Below are positions 13,659 to 37,514 of a DNA stretch of 64,000 bases, in pieces (the stretch's first letter is position 1; the number at the start of each line of letters is the position of its first letter). Source of the stretch: Eledone cirrhosa (lineage: Eukaryota). A model generated the notes under the pieces. It was given only the letters and a program-made list of their open reading frames with translations, was not told the origin of the DNA and made no database searches. The stretch covers positions 84,258,001-84,322,000 of the forward strand of contig OZ024740.1 in assembly GCA_964016885.1 (NCBI GenBank), in the 5' to 3' direction. The position numbers were made by a program, and so were the translations under genes.

Positions 13659-13843
13659 TGTTTCTACTTTAGGCACAAGGCCAGCAATTACCCAGTGCAT
13701 TACTGGTACTTTATTTTATCGACCCCATAAGGATGAAAGGCAAAGTCAACCTCGGCGGGATTTGAACTCAGATCGTAAAGAGACGTAACTATGCTGGAAA
13801 GCATAGCGTCCGACCCTCTACCGATACTGCCAATCCACCGCCC
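13659..13843 (-). mobile_element. tRNA-derived SINE with about 17-bp target site duplication
   Basis: Minus strand A box TGGCAGTATCGG, B box GTTCAAATCC, body gactttgcctttcatcc..ggggtcgataaaataaagtacc; ttaaatacattaataat at 13642-13658 and 13845-13861. Confidence 0.8.
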
Positions 13844-14639
13844 TTTAAATACATTAATAATACAAATACATTAATAATAAATATATTAATAATACAATAT
13901 GATCTCAAGATTACACATTCTTGATATTTATTTCTATGATACAGTACAATAAATGATACGACGTCTTCAAATAGACTATTAGGTACTGTTATGTATTGAC
14001 TGAACTGCGTTTGATGTTGTTATTCTATTATTGTGGATACATAAAATTTGTTTTAATTCTATATGAAATATATTATATTCTTTTACGTTCCCCTTAATTT
14101 TTTTCAAAATAGTATTTTGGTTAAATATCTGTGGCCTTCTATTTATGACGCAATTATATATAGTTTCAGTGTTTCAGAATGACGATGAACAAATACTTCT
14201 TCGCCCACTTATTCCTGAAAGAGGCGTGGGGGAGAGAACACTTATTAGCAGCTAATTGGACAAAGTTTAAATGTCGCTACTGTGTTGATGATGGTGAAAA
14301 TAACGGTGATGTAAAAGATGATGTTGATAATGGTCGTGATAATAAAGCTGGTTGTGTGTGTATTTGTGTTGTTTATGGTATGGTGGTGGGGGGGGGGGAT
14401 TGGTGGTGGTGTTGGTGATTGTGGTCGACGGTGGTGTTTGTATTCGTGTTTTTTTCTGTTGGCATTGGTGTTGATGATGGTTGCGGCGGCGATGGTGCCG
14501 GCATTGGTGGTGAGAGTTGTGGTGATGGTATCGTCGAGGTGAACATCCGCAAGTTGATGATGGAGATTATGATGATCATCATGATAATCAAGATTTAATT
14601 GACGTTGTAGATAATAATGACTCCTCACCTAGAATGAGG

Positions 14640-14708
14640 ATGATAATCAAAATAATTACGAGGACAATGATGAAAATGATGATGATGATGACAACGACAA
14701 TGTTGAAA

Positions 14709-14770
<62 letters not shown>

Positions 14771-14832
14771 AATGATGAGGATGATGGTGATGATGATGAT
14801 CACGACGATGAAGATGATGATCATCATGATGA
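14640..14832. repeat. (GAT)n microsatellite within a GRT-rich low-complexity tract
   Basis: Direct observation. Confidence 0.95.
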
Positions 14833-15171
14833 AGGTTGATCATCCTGATGTGACTGATAGTGCGGACGGTGATTAAATGTGGCTGAATAAGATTATGACG
14901 ATAATAAATAACTAAGGTAAAATTCAACTGAAATAATTTAATATAAAACTTAGATAAAAGGATAATGTACGAGCATGCTTCGAAAACAAAATATTGAAAT
15001 TATTTGTAATCTATTAATTTCTAATGAATATCATTTATAAACAATTAATTTTTAATGAACTCAATTTAAGATGCAAATAAATCGTTTCTAATATAGAGGT
15101 TCAGCTAGTGCATCTCCATATAGGGATTATGTTTGATTCGGATTCATTGAGTAGAAACAATGGTATTTTGT

Positions 15172-15490
15172 AAGTGGCTTAGTGGTTAGGCGTATTTTAC
15201 TCACAATAGTTGCGTCGGAGTTTCAGTTCGCTGAGGCACGTTGTGTTCTTGTGCAAGACAATTTATTTTTTGTTCTTTCGCTCCACTCAGCTGTAGAAAA
15301 TTTATTATCCCTATAATTCAAAGGGCCAGTGTTGACACTTACCGTGTCGCTGAATTTTACTGACAACTACATCAAAGGTACACGTGCCTGTTGAAAGCTC
15401 AGCCTCTTGCACATTCATTTCACACCACTAGGCAGTTATGTTGATCACATCAACTGGAATACTCAACGTTAGTACTGACGGATGTCCAAT
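15172..15490 (+). mobile_element. Decayed tRNA-derived SINE
   Basis: A-box GTGGCTTAGTGGTTAG head followed by SINE-like body (gctccactcagctg). Confidence 0.5.
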
Positions 15491-15779
15491 ACGCACAAGC
15501 GAAATTGCATACAATAAGAATTGAATCTACATGCAGAACTTACCACATACAACATATACTCTGTAAAAGTGTCACACTTAATGAACAAATGTATATTTCA
15601 CTTTTAAAATAAATAGAGCGCCTCTAAATTCCAACGATGTATGTTCTATTTGTTTAATAAACGAAGTATAATTCATGAAACGTAATTTTCGAGGAACGAT
15701 AGCGGCGCACAGTGTGGAAACCCTTGTCGTTAGAATTAGTATAGTCGATTTGAAAAACATCTAAACAGTTTGCATTTAC

Positions 15780-16097
15780 TCAAGATAGTTGGATAACATC
15801 CATGAGCTCACTGGATCTTACTTGGAGATCCAGCCGCATCAAATGGAAATGGTTGCTTCTGACTGGACCCCATATGAAGGTATTTTGAGAACTCTGCCTG
15901 CACGACCCTCTCAGGAATAAGAGGGCGAAGAAAAAGATCCGAACTTTGAAGATGTTCACTAATTGCTGGAAGCTGAAATATTTTATGATTCTGAAGAGAC
16001 GCGTCAGTCTTTTAGACGTGATCCTAGCTATGTTATGTGAGTGAATCGCCATTAGATATCTGCAGTTATCATTAGGCCTTGCACTTGTAGAAATCAC
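15780..16097 (-). pseudogene. Decayed LINE (CR1/L2-like) RT C-terminal fragment
   Basis: SKRLTRLFRIIKYFSFQQLVNIFK...FIWG resembles the LINE thumb region. Confidence 0.4.
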
Positions 16098-16394
16098 CAG
16101 GGATTGAGATTTAGTGAGAGTGAAGAGAAATTAAGGTATCTTGCCACTTTTGTTTGCCAATGTGATATATTGATATGTGAGTTTAAAGTTTAGTTTTCTT
16201 TAAGTGTCGACGTCGGACGCACGCTTCAATCTTCACGAGAGACAGGTATTTCCTCTGATGCTATTATAAAGGTGGGAAAATATTCTTTACGCTATCGCTC
16301 CATCTTTATTTTTGTTCCACTATTTCGTTTTTGTTTACATCCCCCACTCATAGTATCTCATACGATGAATGAATGTTCTATTTCCATAACTACA

Positions 16395-16615
16395 GGGCGG
16401 TAGATTTGCATTATCGGTAGAGCATCAGACAACATGCTTTGCAGCATATAGATACGTCCCTTAACGTTCTGTGTCCAGCTCCCGCCGAGGTTAGTTTTAT
16501 CTTTCATCCTTACGGGATCGATAAAATAAAGAACGAGTGACAAACTGGAGTCAATTTAATCGACTTTTCCATACCCAAATATCGATGGCCCTGTGCCTAA
16601 ATCAGAAGCTATATT
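16395..16615 (+). mobile_element. tRNA-derived SINE, same family as 13659-13843
   Basis: ggcggtag...atcggtagagc...cccgccgaggtt...ctttcatccttacgggatcgataaaataaag...tgtgcctaaa. Confidence 0.75.
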
Positions 16616-18504
16616 TTCATACCTACAAAATGATATAAATCAGAATAAATCTCGGTATGATTTGAAATGTAATCATGAAGTCTGTGACTAAATATATTTT
16701 AATATAAAGTTCAATCCTTAACTGTTACATGCATCACATTTATTTTCTTTTTAAATTAACTCTCTCATTTCTTCTCTTGCTAGTTATTTGAAAACCTAAT
16801 TCTCAAATTCATATCTCATAATTGTCCCCTTGAGCAAATAACAATTCTGTGCAAATATAGCTCCTTCATTTCTGTATGTTGGTTTCACTTGGAAAATACT
16901 TTTACGTCAAGAACATTTCATTTTTATGCTTAGTTCAATTTTATCAGTGAATTTGTTTCTAAGCACATGAAAATTGCTTTCTTATAGCTAACAATAAATT
17001 AAAGAAATAAGACTGAACTGCGAGACTGAGGAAAATGACGCCCTTGGTTAATCCTCTTAATGAATATAAAAGTAGTTTCAAGTTATTACAAATATAATTA
17101 TAGATATTACTCGTGTATAAAATAGTTCTATCTATTATTTACTGTAGTCTACTCCAGGGAAAATTTATACTAAATTGTAAACTGATTTAAGAAAAGCAAG
17201 ATAGATTTCGTATTAAAATTTCAATATTAAATTTGGCATTTTATTATCAGGAAAATATAATACACTATTTTAGATAATACCAGACAACGTGTTTTATTCA
17301 AGTGTGAGAAACTATCAAACAATTATTCAAATTCTTCTCAGACTCCATGATTTTGTCAAGTAGATTCACACGTTTCTACTTGAACTATGAATTTCCCTCT
17401 AAACACATAGTATTGCTATAATTCTATCAATTGGTGTCACCATATAGATGTTTTCTCATTGGATATGTGGTGTGTTATTGTGTTAAATGAAGTATCAATA
17501 TGATATGTAGTCCATAAAATTTTGTGAGTATTATTTGTCATATGTGCTATAGTATTGCTTGATGTAATGTGCAGCTATATGGCTTATGCTATTTGTAATG
17601 AGATGCAATGTACAATTTATTATCACAAGAAATATATAATACTATTAGAAAAAAAATATTTCAGTAAACGCTAATATGTTACAAATGATAAGATGTAGCT
17701 GTAGTTGTCAACTAAACTAGAAATGTTATGAGAGAAAATACATTTTAAAAACTTTTACATAGCAAAGAATTAGCCATGCTTTATTATCGTTACATTTATC
17801 AACATTAAACCTCAGAATCATATGACTGCATCCCTATCACTCTAGATAAACATTATAAATATTACAAAAACTTGTAGTTGTGCCAAAAATGGTGTTAATA
17901 TATTTGTCACATTACAAGAATCGAAAATTTCTCTCATGTATATATATATATACATATACATATATATATATATATGTGTGTGTATGCATATATATATATG
18001 AGTGTGTGTGTGTGTGTGTGAAAAGAAGAAGAAGAAGAAGAAGATTGTATCTCCTTATAAGGAATTGTTAACCGAGTGGAAGTTGTTTAAAACATCTTAA
18101 TTTGGGGAACGTACATGTAGGTGCAGTTAAATGTTGAAATCAATATTTGGTTATAAGAGCGGCATTTTTGATTTTTCAATATTTTCAATGTTTTTATTTG
18201 TTGAGCTATCTCAGTCATTAGATTGTAGTCGTACTGCAGTAACAAGTTGTTTTGGCCGATCATATTGAACCCAGTACTTATTTCATCAATATTGATTTAT
18301 CTTTCAGTTAAGTTATGGAGTATAAATACAGTCAGAAACGTTAGCATAGACACACATAGACATATGCACGCACATGCACTTCACGCATATGCACAGACAC
18401 ACACACGCCCACTCTTACATATATACACATAGATATATATATGAACCATATATATATATATGATTCATTTATATATCTATAAATAAACCATATATATATG
18501 GTTC

Positions 18505-22445
<3,941 letters not shown>

Positions 22446-22587
22446 ATACTTTGGGAGGGTCATGTTGCCAATAAGAAACACACGCACCAGTTGCTTTCAC
22501 TTCAATTTATTATATATTTATAAATTTATAAATTTATAAATTTCTGGTTGGTTGGTTGGTTCCACAACCAGATAGTTGTTTATATAT

Positions 22588-22632
22588 AGTCATAGTACTT
22601 TCGTCACACACTCTGTGACCTCTTCAGTGACT
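22588..22632 (-). ncRNA. Minimal type I hammerhead ribozyme
   Basis: Minus: agtca-CTGAAGA-g-gtcaca-gagtg-tgtgac-GAAA-gtac-TA-tgact. Confidence 0.88.
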
Positions 22633-23104
22633 GGGGATTCCTTTCAGAAACGAAATATATATATATATATAATGGTAATTCCGTATTAAGAAAACTATTA
22701 TTAGTTTACAGTTATAGATTAAGTATACTTGCGTAAACTATATTGAGCATTCGACGTTAAGTAGTTCCACTTTTATGATATCATCAGACAATTTTTACTT
22801 GTATGGACATTATCCGATATGCCATATAATAGCTGAGTGATGACCAAACAATACCTAACCCGCCAGCTGGTATATTGGATAAAAACTTAAATCAGCAACT
22901 TTTATGCGAGTAAAAATCTGTCTTATGAAACCGTATTTGTGGATTACATAACAGATACAATTAAAACACGTATAATTATCACGTAATAAATAGAATGTGG
23001 TGAAATTCAAACATACTACCTTCTAATTCACTCAAATATTTTAGATGTGTGTGTGTGTGTGCGTGTGCTTGTGTGTGGGGGGGGTGCGTGCGTGTGTGTG
23101 TGTG

Positions 23105-23270
23105 TGACAGCATTCTCCAGTTTCCTTATAGAAAGATTTTTCTCACAAATCATTGGTCAACTCGAGATTATAGAAGAGGCCAATGGCTAAGACGACAATA
23201 AGTGGATCGTAATCCAAAATCAGATGATTGCAAAGCAAACTCATGTCCACAAAGCCATGCATTCGCCTAC
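23105..23270 (-). mobile_element. Highly decayed tRNA-derived SINE with (CA)n tail
   Basis: Minus head gcatggctttgtgg...; similar to a common cephalopod SINE from memory. Confidence 0.4.
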
Positions 23271-24120
23271 TGGAAGATTTGATCTTTTAAATCTAGTATT
23301 GTGTTGTTATTTAGATTTTTTAATACAATTAATCTTGTATTTCATTGTAGTTTAATTTTGTATTTGGTGGAGCACATCATACCTTATGTACACACATATT
23401 GTCAGTGTTTAGCATAAAAATACGCACACACACACATATACACACACACACGCGCGCACACACAGCTTTGCATACTGGAGCAACATTCAAAATACCATTC
23501 AAAATGTCTAAATTTTACTCCGGGGGTTAGTATTGACAAAAGAGAATAAGTAACAGAACACAGACAAACGTTGTGGCGGAGAGAATGGAAACTGTCGAAA
23601 GGATAGAAATTAAATAAAAGAAAATGAAGTAAAAAAAATAAATCTTTTGATATGTTGTATGTGTATTATAATTAAGTTTATTACAAACAACCACAACTTG
23701 ATTCCCTAGCTGCTTTGTTCAAATGAAGTAATTTTGAAATAAGTTCCATGACTAGAAACGCAAGGAAACGCATCTGTTTTATTTCACCTCATAATGTACT
23801 AGTCAATAATGTTTCCGTTCAGAATTTTCATTTCATATGCTATATTACTTGCTGGCCATTGCATAGTTCTAGCTAAGACGGGCATAATTGATTTACAGTA
23901 TCTTTGTTAATTATACTCATATGCCCAGCTCAATTTAACAATTCTCTGCTCTGAACGCGAATCTGCATTATTCTCTTATATCTTTTGAGGTTTCTTTTTT
24001 CAATCAAATAAGACTTTTGTTCAGATTATGCTCTAAATTAAGTTGAGCGGTTATTGCGACAAAGAAATCAGGTAAATTTGGTAAAATATATTGCAGTATA
24101 ATTTTGACTGTGGTTTACTT

Positions 24121-24429
24121 TTAGTCCGTATCAGAATCGTCGATCATTTCATGTTTTCGTTTCATATCGATTATAGATGTAAACAATAGTTTACAGAATC
24201 GGCTTAAAGTTATGTTTCTAACGTAGAATGCGTTCTCAGATTGCCTTGAACGTTCTCCCTTATTTTCTACGGTATACAAGCAGCCAAATCCACACACTGA
24301 CGCTAGATATTCATCTATTGATTCTATACTATTTTTTACCAGTGAAAATCGTCTTCCCTTGACTAGGATAACATGATGTCCAGTTATTTCTCGATACAAC
24401 GATTCATATTCCCTTAGGAGTAAATATAT
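24121..24429 (-). CDS. Possible terminal exon of an unidentified host gene or pseudogene
   Basis: ttacag acceptor at 24430-24435 (-) then an open frame IYLLLREYESLYREITGHH...EMIDDSDTD* (102 aa) in non-repetitive DNA; no recognisable motif. Confidence 0.3.
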   Translation of the reverse strand: MYLLLREYESLYREITGHHVILVKGRRFSLVKNSIESIDEYLASVCGFGCLYTVENKGERSRQSENAFYVRNITLSRFCKLLFTSIIDMKRKHEMIDDSDTD

Positions 24430-25649
24430 CTGTAATCCAATAAATTAATAAATCTCCAATATATATTCCTGAAGTAACCATGTTATAAATCCTTTACAAA
24501 TCCATCTATAATTATAGCACAGCTCTGAGTATCTCCCATCTTACTATGTACACATTTCCTCAAAATATTGCTTGGATCTAATTTCATTATATACAGTATA
24601 ACACTTAACGTAGATTTTTATATCACATCTTGTGTGCCAAAACAAAGTTCCAAACACAATTTATGCTTATTATAATGAATTTGTTTTTTAACCATATTTT
24701 TCCAGTGAGGAATCTTCAGACTCAAGGACAGATGAGGCCTTCTGAAAGAAGTGCAACTCTCGGAGGCAAATTGAAGTGTACGTTGGAAACAAAGACAATA
24801 TTAAAATGCTATCTCACATGAACCAATCGAAAAACACCAATAAATGATTAAATTTGAAATATTTTGCAGATTTTGTTACTGACATTTTCACATCCATTAC
24901 AGCTGCCCAAAACAATATTTCAATTTTTATTTCGCAATTGTTATGTTTCCTTTCTTCTCACATCTGTTTGTTAATTCAGTATATTATGTATCAGTTTTCT
25001 CCCTTGAAAACGGAAAAAATGCTTCGTATCATTTCAACTTTGTAATTTTTAGTGTTAGATTTCTAAAATTCTTTGTTTGATAGTCCTATAATGCATATTT
25101 TATGATGGGTTTCGCATATTACCCTGCTAAGCCTGTATATTATAGATATAATATTTTTATAGTCAGATTATAAATTGGTGTATTCATAATACAGCCATTA
25201 CTTCTCCCATGTTTATGTTTCTGTCTGGTCAGGTAATTCCTGTCGCGTCACATTAAGAACATCCGAATTATTTCTGGGACAACTTGAATATCAATGCTTA
25301 CTATGATATTTACTTGGCTCGATTTTATGATTTTATCTTGTAGAGTCTATAATTCCCCTCCCTAGACATTTATTTCATTTGTGTGTCTGTTCTTTTCTGT
25401 AATTTCTAAGAATATGTATAGCCTTGTTCTATTTCTCATATCTCTGTTTCCTTATCGAACATCGCACAGACTTCAGAAAATCATTTGCACACATCTTTCT
25501 AAAGAATATTGAAGTATAAAATTATTCCGTCGATGGTACAAACACGTTACTCATCTGAGACATCTAAACGATTACAAACTAAAAAATCTGAGAAATGAAT
25601 TGAAGGGTATTTATTAACACACACACACATACACACATATATATATACA

Positions 25650-28035
<2,386 letters not shown>

Positions 28036-28059
28036 TATATATATATATATATATATGCA

Positions 28060-29520
28060 AAAGTTTTATTAAAGATTGTTGGGTTACAACAAGTAAATAT
28101 TTTATAACTGATATAAAAGCACTCAACAGTTTCTGGAATAGGTTTACGATATTAAACAAATGGAAACTATATTTCTAAAACCATATTTATTTCGTTATAT
28201 ATATTTCTGTGATATCATATTAAAAATATGGTATGCCTTCCTCAGACAAAATACAATACATAAGCTGTTTTATAAATAATTTTTGACATACCTTATAATA
28301 ATGCAACTCCATTTAAAAAGTTGATTTGGTAGTGAAACTGTTATGACAGTTATATAAAAAGAAAAACGAAGATGAGAAGAAGAAGAAGAAGATGAAGAGA
28401 TGTATGTAAATAAAAAAAAGGAGAGGATCAAGAGATGTATGTAAAGAAAAACAACAGAGCGAGATAGAGAGACAAGGAGATATGGGAGAGAGAAATACAT
28501 TGAGGAAGTGAAAAAATATAGTAGGCAGCTTTTGGACAGATGATCATCGTATATGTGAGAGGTTAAGGAGGGAAGGGATACAGTTAAACTAGCCGACACA
28601 TAAATCACGTCCAGTGTATAGGAGAAAAAGAAAGAAAGATGATATATTTAAAATATATTAAAAATATATTATGTCTCATCCATTTGAATTATCAATTTTT
28701 ATGAATTAGGTATTATAAAGTAAATATCAGTATTCATGAATGAGACACATATCCCTAATGTGTGAAAGAAATGACCACATGCTTAGTTTAAAAATTCTTA
28801 GGTCTATAAGCAAAATCTGAGATAAAACTTCAAACACTTATGTTTGAAGTTTTATCTCAGATTTTGCTTATAGACCTAAGAATTTTTAAACTAAGCATGT
28901 GGTCATTTTTTTCACACATTAGGGATATGTGTCTCATTCATGAATACTGATATTTACATTATAATACCTAATTCATCAAAATTGATAATTCAAATGGATG
29001 AGACATAATATATTTTTAATATATTTTAAATATATCATCTTTCTTTCTTTTTCTCCTATACACTGGACGTGATTTATGTGTCGGCTAGTTTAACTGTATC
29101 CCTTCCCTCCTTAACCTCTTACATATACGATGATCATCTGTCCAAAAGCTGCCTACTATATTTTTTCACTTCCTCAATGTATTTCTCTCTCCCATATCTC
29201 CTTGTCTCTCTATCTCGCTCTGTTGGTTTTCTTTACATACATCTCTTAATCTTCTCCTTTTTTTATTTACATACATCTCTTCATCTTCTTCTCATCTTCG
29301 TTTTTCTTTCTATATAACTGTCATAACAGTTTCACTACCAAATCAACTTTTTAAATGGAAGTTGCATTATTATAAGGTATGTCAACAATTATTTATAAAA
29401 CAGCTTATGTATTGTATTTTGTCTGAGGAAGGCATACCATATTTTTAATATGATATCCCAGAAATATATATAAGGAAATAAATATGGTTTTATAAATATA
29501 GTTTCCATTTGTTTAATATC

Positions 29521-29522
<2 letters not shown>
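28060..29522. mobile_element. Palindromic pLTR pair related to the 3' end of the 43-48 kb PLE, HHR in each arm
   Basis: Inverted repeat centred near 28840; tattttgt-CTGAGGA-...-GAAA-tatata-TA-a(c/g)gaaata at 28188-28253 (-) and 29415-29480 (+). Confidence 0.85.
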
Positions 29523-29592
<70 letters not shown>

Positions 29593-29679
29593 TATATAAA
29601 TATATATATATACAGTATATATATATATATATATACAGTATATATTTTTTTATATACAGTATATATATGTTTATATACA

Positions 29680-29775
<96 letters not shown>

Positions 29776-29864
29776 TATATATATACTGTATATATATATA
29801 CAGTATATATATATATATATATAAGATAACAAAGAATCAGTGTGCCTCATGTACATATCTATTT

Positions 29865-29956
29865 ACATATTACATATGTTTCGCTGCCGATCAGCTCGAG
29901 GAATGATCGATTAATGTTCGAACCTGACTCTGAAATTGGAAGCTCCTTAGATATGT
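29865..29956 (-). ncRNA. Decayed type I HHR (G5 to A) with long helix II
   Basis: Minus: acatat-CTAAGGA-gct...agc-GAAA-catatg-TA-atatgt. Confidence 0.6.
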
Positions 29957-30549
29957 GTTCACGTGTAGACTCGCGTCTAAGTGTGTTTGGATAATTTACA
30001 CGATACATTAATTTAGGCTGCCACACACCCTGCTAAAGAATGCGTTATCGTCGTATTCATCCTGTTAAATTGTATTAGGTCAAATCCCAGTAGGAAGGTG
30101 ACCTAGAACTCAACACCTATTACTGCCATTGCTTGGTCAAGAATGCATTTTATAGTGGTCTCATACCGAAGCCATTTATGAGTAACTGCCGGTCTGCAAG
30201 AAGTTTGTGGTTATAGTCTTTTGAAGGAAGTAAAAAAGAAATAAAGAAATAAAACCCATGTGATATATGGCGTCACAAAGATGAAGAATACACCGATACA
30301 GCAATGAAACGATAATGAAATAAATAATGAGAGAAAAAATACGATAGTGAGATTAAAAAATAAAAGGATAACAAAAATAAAAATAAAAAACAAAAAATAA
30401 AACCTGATACAGATATATATATATATGTGTGTGTATGTGCGTGTGTGTGTGTGTGTTAAGTATTTCCGTAGAAAAGGTAAAGAAAAGAAGAGTGCTCTAT
30501 GTATAGTAGAGAGCTATTTAATATTTTCACTTACTTATAATACATTTAT

Positions 30550-30646
<97 letters not shown>

Positions 30647-30871
30647 ATGTATATATATATATACATAGACATGTAATTATGTGTACGTATATGTATATAT
30701 ATATATGTGTGTGCTTATAATTCCTAATTACGAAATTTTTGGCCATTTATACATATATATTTTTTTTGTATAGATGTGTGTGTATATACATATTTTTTAC
30801 GTAAGGGGGGTATGTAAATGTATATGTTTAAAAATGTATATGTTTAATTATGTTCATATATATATATATAT

Positions 30872-30966
<95 letters not shown>

Positions 30967-31089
30967 TATGTATATATATTGAGTTGTGGTCCAGATATTT
31001 GCACAAAAGTGTTCAACTTCATCAAGTACAGGTGGTTGCCTTATATTTTTCTTACCTAACTCTCTGTAAAATTTGTTTGCATCTTCGGC

Positions 31090-31940
31090 AAAGGATTTGT
31101 TTTGTTTAAAGAAGTTAGCACTTTTTTTTCATCTTCTTAGTCTCTTCGCCTTTGCGGTATCTTGATTGATTCAGCAATTCATTTCCAGTCTGCTGTCCGG
31201 TTTGGCATGTATTTCTTCCTTAGTTTTATATATCAGAAGCGGGTCCTTTGTACCTCTTCACTTACGCTTGCACCCTTTCTGCTCATCTGGTAGAAATCCA
31301 TTTTCTTCAAGATACCCGTACATTGAATCTGCTATTATTCCAGTAAATAATTTCTAAATAAGTGGTAGATATGTCAGTAGTTGTCTACCGTATTCCCTTC
31401 AGTGAAATCTGTTTAAGTACAAAACTGTCCTACCGTTTTTCAGCCACTCCGGTATCACTTGATCAGCATTTAGCATTGTGTTGAATTGTTCAGTTATCCG
31501 TTCATGGCATTAACTAAATCTTTTCATCCAGTAGCCTTGAACTCCATATAGTCCCAGAGACCTCCAGTTGCTCATCTTTTTTATTGCTTCGTTCATGTCC
31601 CTAGCTGAACTGACAAGTGCTGTCTTCTCTGGACAAACTGTTGTTTGTGTAAATTCTTTTAACCATTCAACGTCCTTCCTGTGTTCGTCTTTACTCCAAA
31701 TGTCGCTACAAAACATTTGACTTTTAATGTTATCTACTATAACCAGTACTCTCTCCATTTATTTTCGTTAAATGTCTTTTGGTCTACTCTGAATTGTCCA
31801 TTTTGCTGATATTGCTTTATTCTTTGTTCGTATATCGCTATCTTTGATTTTTTGCTATGAGACGTTGCTTAAGTTCCACCATTACTACTTTTTGGAACTT
31901 TCAATGTCATACTTCCTTTCCAGTCCTCTGTATCGAATGC
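31090..31940 (-). pseudogene. R4/Dong-like non-LTR retrotransposon RT fragment
   Basis: FCSDIWS..EH...EWL, AIKKMSNWRSLGLYGVQGYWMKRF, IPEWL match the R4-clade RT N-terminal region. Confidence 0.7.
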
Positions 31941-32041
31941 TCACTCGGATGAACCTGTAGTAACTGCACGTTACATTCCCTATATATATATATATATATT
32001 TATTTATTATTATTATGTAATAAACAACATAAGGCAATTGT

Positions 32042-32099
32042 TCCATTTACCAGTGGTTTCTTAAAAGCAAAAGGTTTTGCTTTCAATCCTCAGAATGAA
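32042..32099 (-). ncRNA. Type I hammerhead ribozyme in a about 150-bp solo insert in (TA)n
   Basis: Minus: ttcatt-CTGAGGA-ttgaaagcaaa-acct-tttgcttttaa-GAAA-ccactgg-TA-aatgga. Confidence 0.85.
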
Positions 32100-32150
32100 A
32101 AAATCCTGGTTTGTTTATTGAATTTGGATTACAAAAACAAAAATGCAATC

Positions 32151-32242
<92 letters not shown>

Positions 32243-32258
32243 TGTATATATATATATG

Positions 32259-32324
<66 letters not shown>

Positions 32325-32346
32325 TATAGATGTATATATATATATG

Positions 32347-32461
<115 letters not shown>

Positions 32462-32466
32462 GTATA

Positions 32467-32514
<48 letters not shown>

Positions 32515-32520
32515 TGTATA

Positions 32521-32565
<45 letters not shown>

Positions 32566-32566
32566 G

Positions 32567-36070
<3,504 letters not shown>

Positions 36071-36107
36071 GTATATATATATTTATATATATGTATATAT
36101 ATATATA

Positions 36108-36195
<88 letters not shown>

Positions 36196-36198
<3 letters not shown>

Positions 36199-37080
36199 CA
36201 TAAATCGTGTCCTTAGAATTATTAGATAAAATATATACCATTTCCTCTCCTAGTTTGCATAATTAACCATATAAAAAAAACAATTAGACCAAGCTATAAG
36301 AATAAAGGCTCCTATGAAGAAATATTCGATAAATAACCGCAAGCGGCCTCTTCGCGGTGACCCCAATAGAGTATTTATTCAACATTTCAACAGCATGTAG
36401 AAACTGACTAAATATACCGTCAACCATACACAATTAGGTGTAAATTTAAACTTAGAAGAAACGTGTACATACCGTAATTACATCTCTACCATGGTTTCGT
36501 CCGTATTTTTAGATATCTTATTGTTAGGATGGACCTAGAGTAGCAGACTCATCATGAGACAAACTCAAGAATGGACAGTTAATTTTCCAAAGCGATCGCG
36601 CCAAAAATAGATTCAAAAATGGCTAAGAATCGTGACGTGGCAGTGGTCAAGTTAGAAAGAATGTGATTAGTTGCTTACGGCGGGTAGGCTGGTTGCTAGA
36701 AAGCGCAGCCCAATATCGCCCAATTGTAGCTCAACCCAATGGGAGATTATTAAATATAAAAATTTACATATACATAAAGTCATAGATATATATGTGGCAA
36801 CCGGTCACGTTGTGGCTCAATGAAGAATTAATAAATTAAATAATCAGAGCAATATATCATAAATCATGTTCTTAGAATTATTAGATAAAATATATACCAT
36901 TTTCTCTCCCAATTAGCATAATTAACCATATGAAATTATATATAAAATTATATATTTTATCTAATAATTCTAAGGACATGATTTATGATATATTGCTCTG
37001 ATTATTTAATTTATTAATTCTTCATTGAGCCACAACGTGACCGGTTGCCACATATATATCTATGACTTTATGTATATGGA
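36196..37080 (-). mobile_element. Non-coding insert (unit about 660 nt, partial tandem plus inverted 5' arm) with HHR-like motif
   Basis: 36196-36272 repeated at 36855-36931; about 36950-37078 inverted; minus tgtctc-ATGATGA-gtctg...cggac-GAAA-ccatgg-TA-gagatg at 36481-36561 (C3 to A). Confidence 0.7.
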
Positions 37081-37106
37081 AATCTTTATATTTATATATA
37101 TATATG

Positions 37107-37209
<103 letters not shown>

Positions 37210-37388
37210 CAATAACAGAGATAGTTTAAAGCTAGACTCTGACTGGTAAACATCTCACTCAACAAACATTAGGTTATATTAAAATGTAAACCCAATTTAA
37301 GTGTTTGGGATGCTAACAATACGTATAATGTGGAAAACCCAGTTGTATTATTTTATGAGATATAATTAAAGTTAAAGTATATCTCTCT

Positions 37389-37514
37389 TTCCAAACAATT
37401 GTTTCATTATAAGTTTTCTACAAGTTTGGGAGAATGTTTCCAGTTTATGTAGAAGCCTAATATATATTCCTGTAAGAATATATTTAGGTGGGCACTTATA
37501 AATCATCAGTGGAA
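37389..37514 (-). ncRNA. Type I HHR with branched (multi-hairpin) helix II
   Basis: Minus: ttcca-CTGATGA-tt-tataagt-[cctaa..ttagg and ttctaca..tgtagaa hairpins]-acttata-at-GAAA-caattg-TT-tggaa. Confidence 0.8.

Noticed and set aside
14588-14927. Poly-His, poly-Met and poly-Ile ORFs
   Set aside because: Reading frames of a (GAT)n microsatellite
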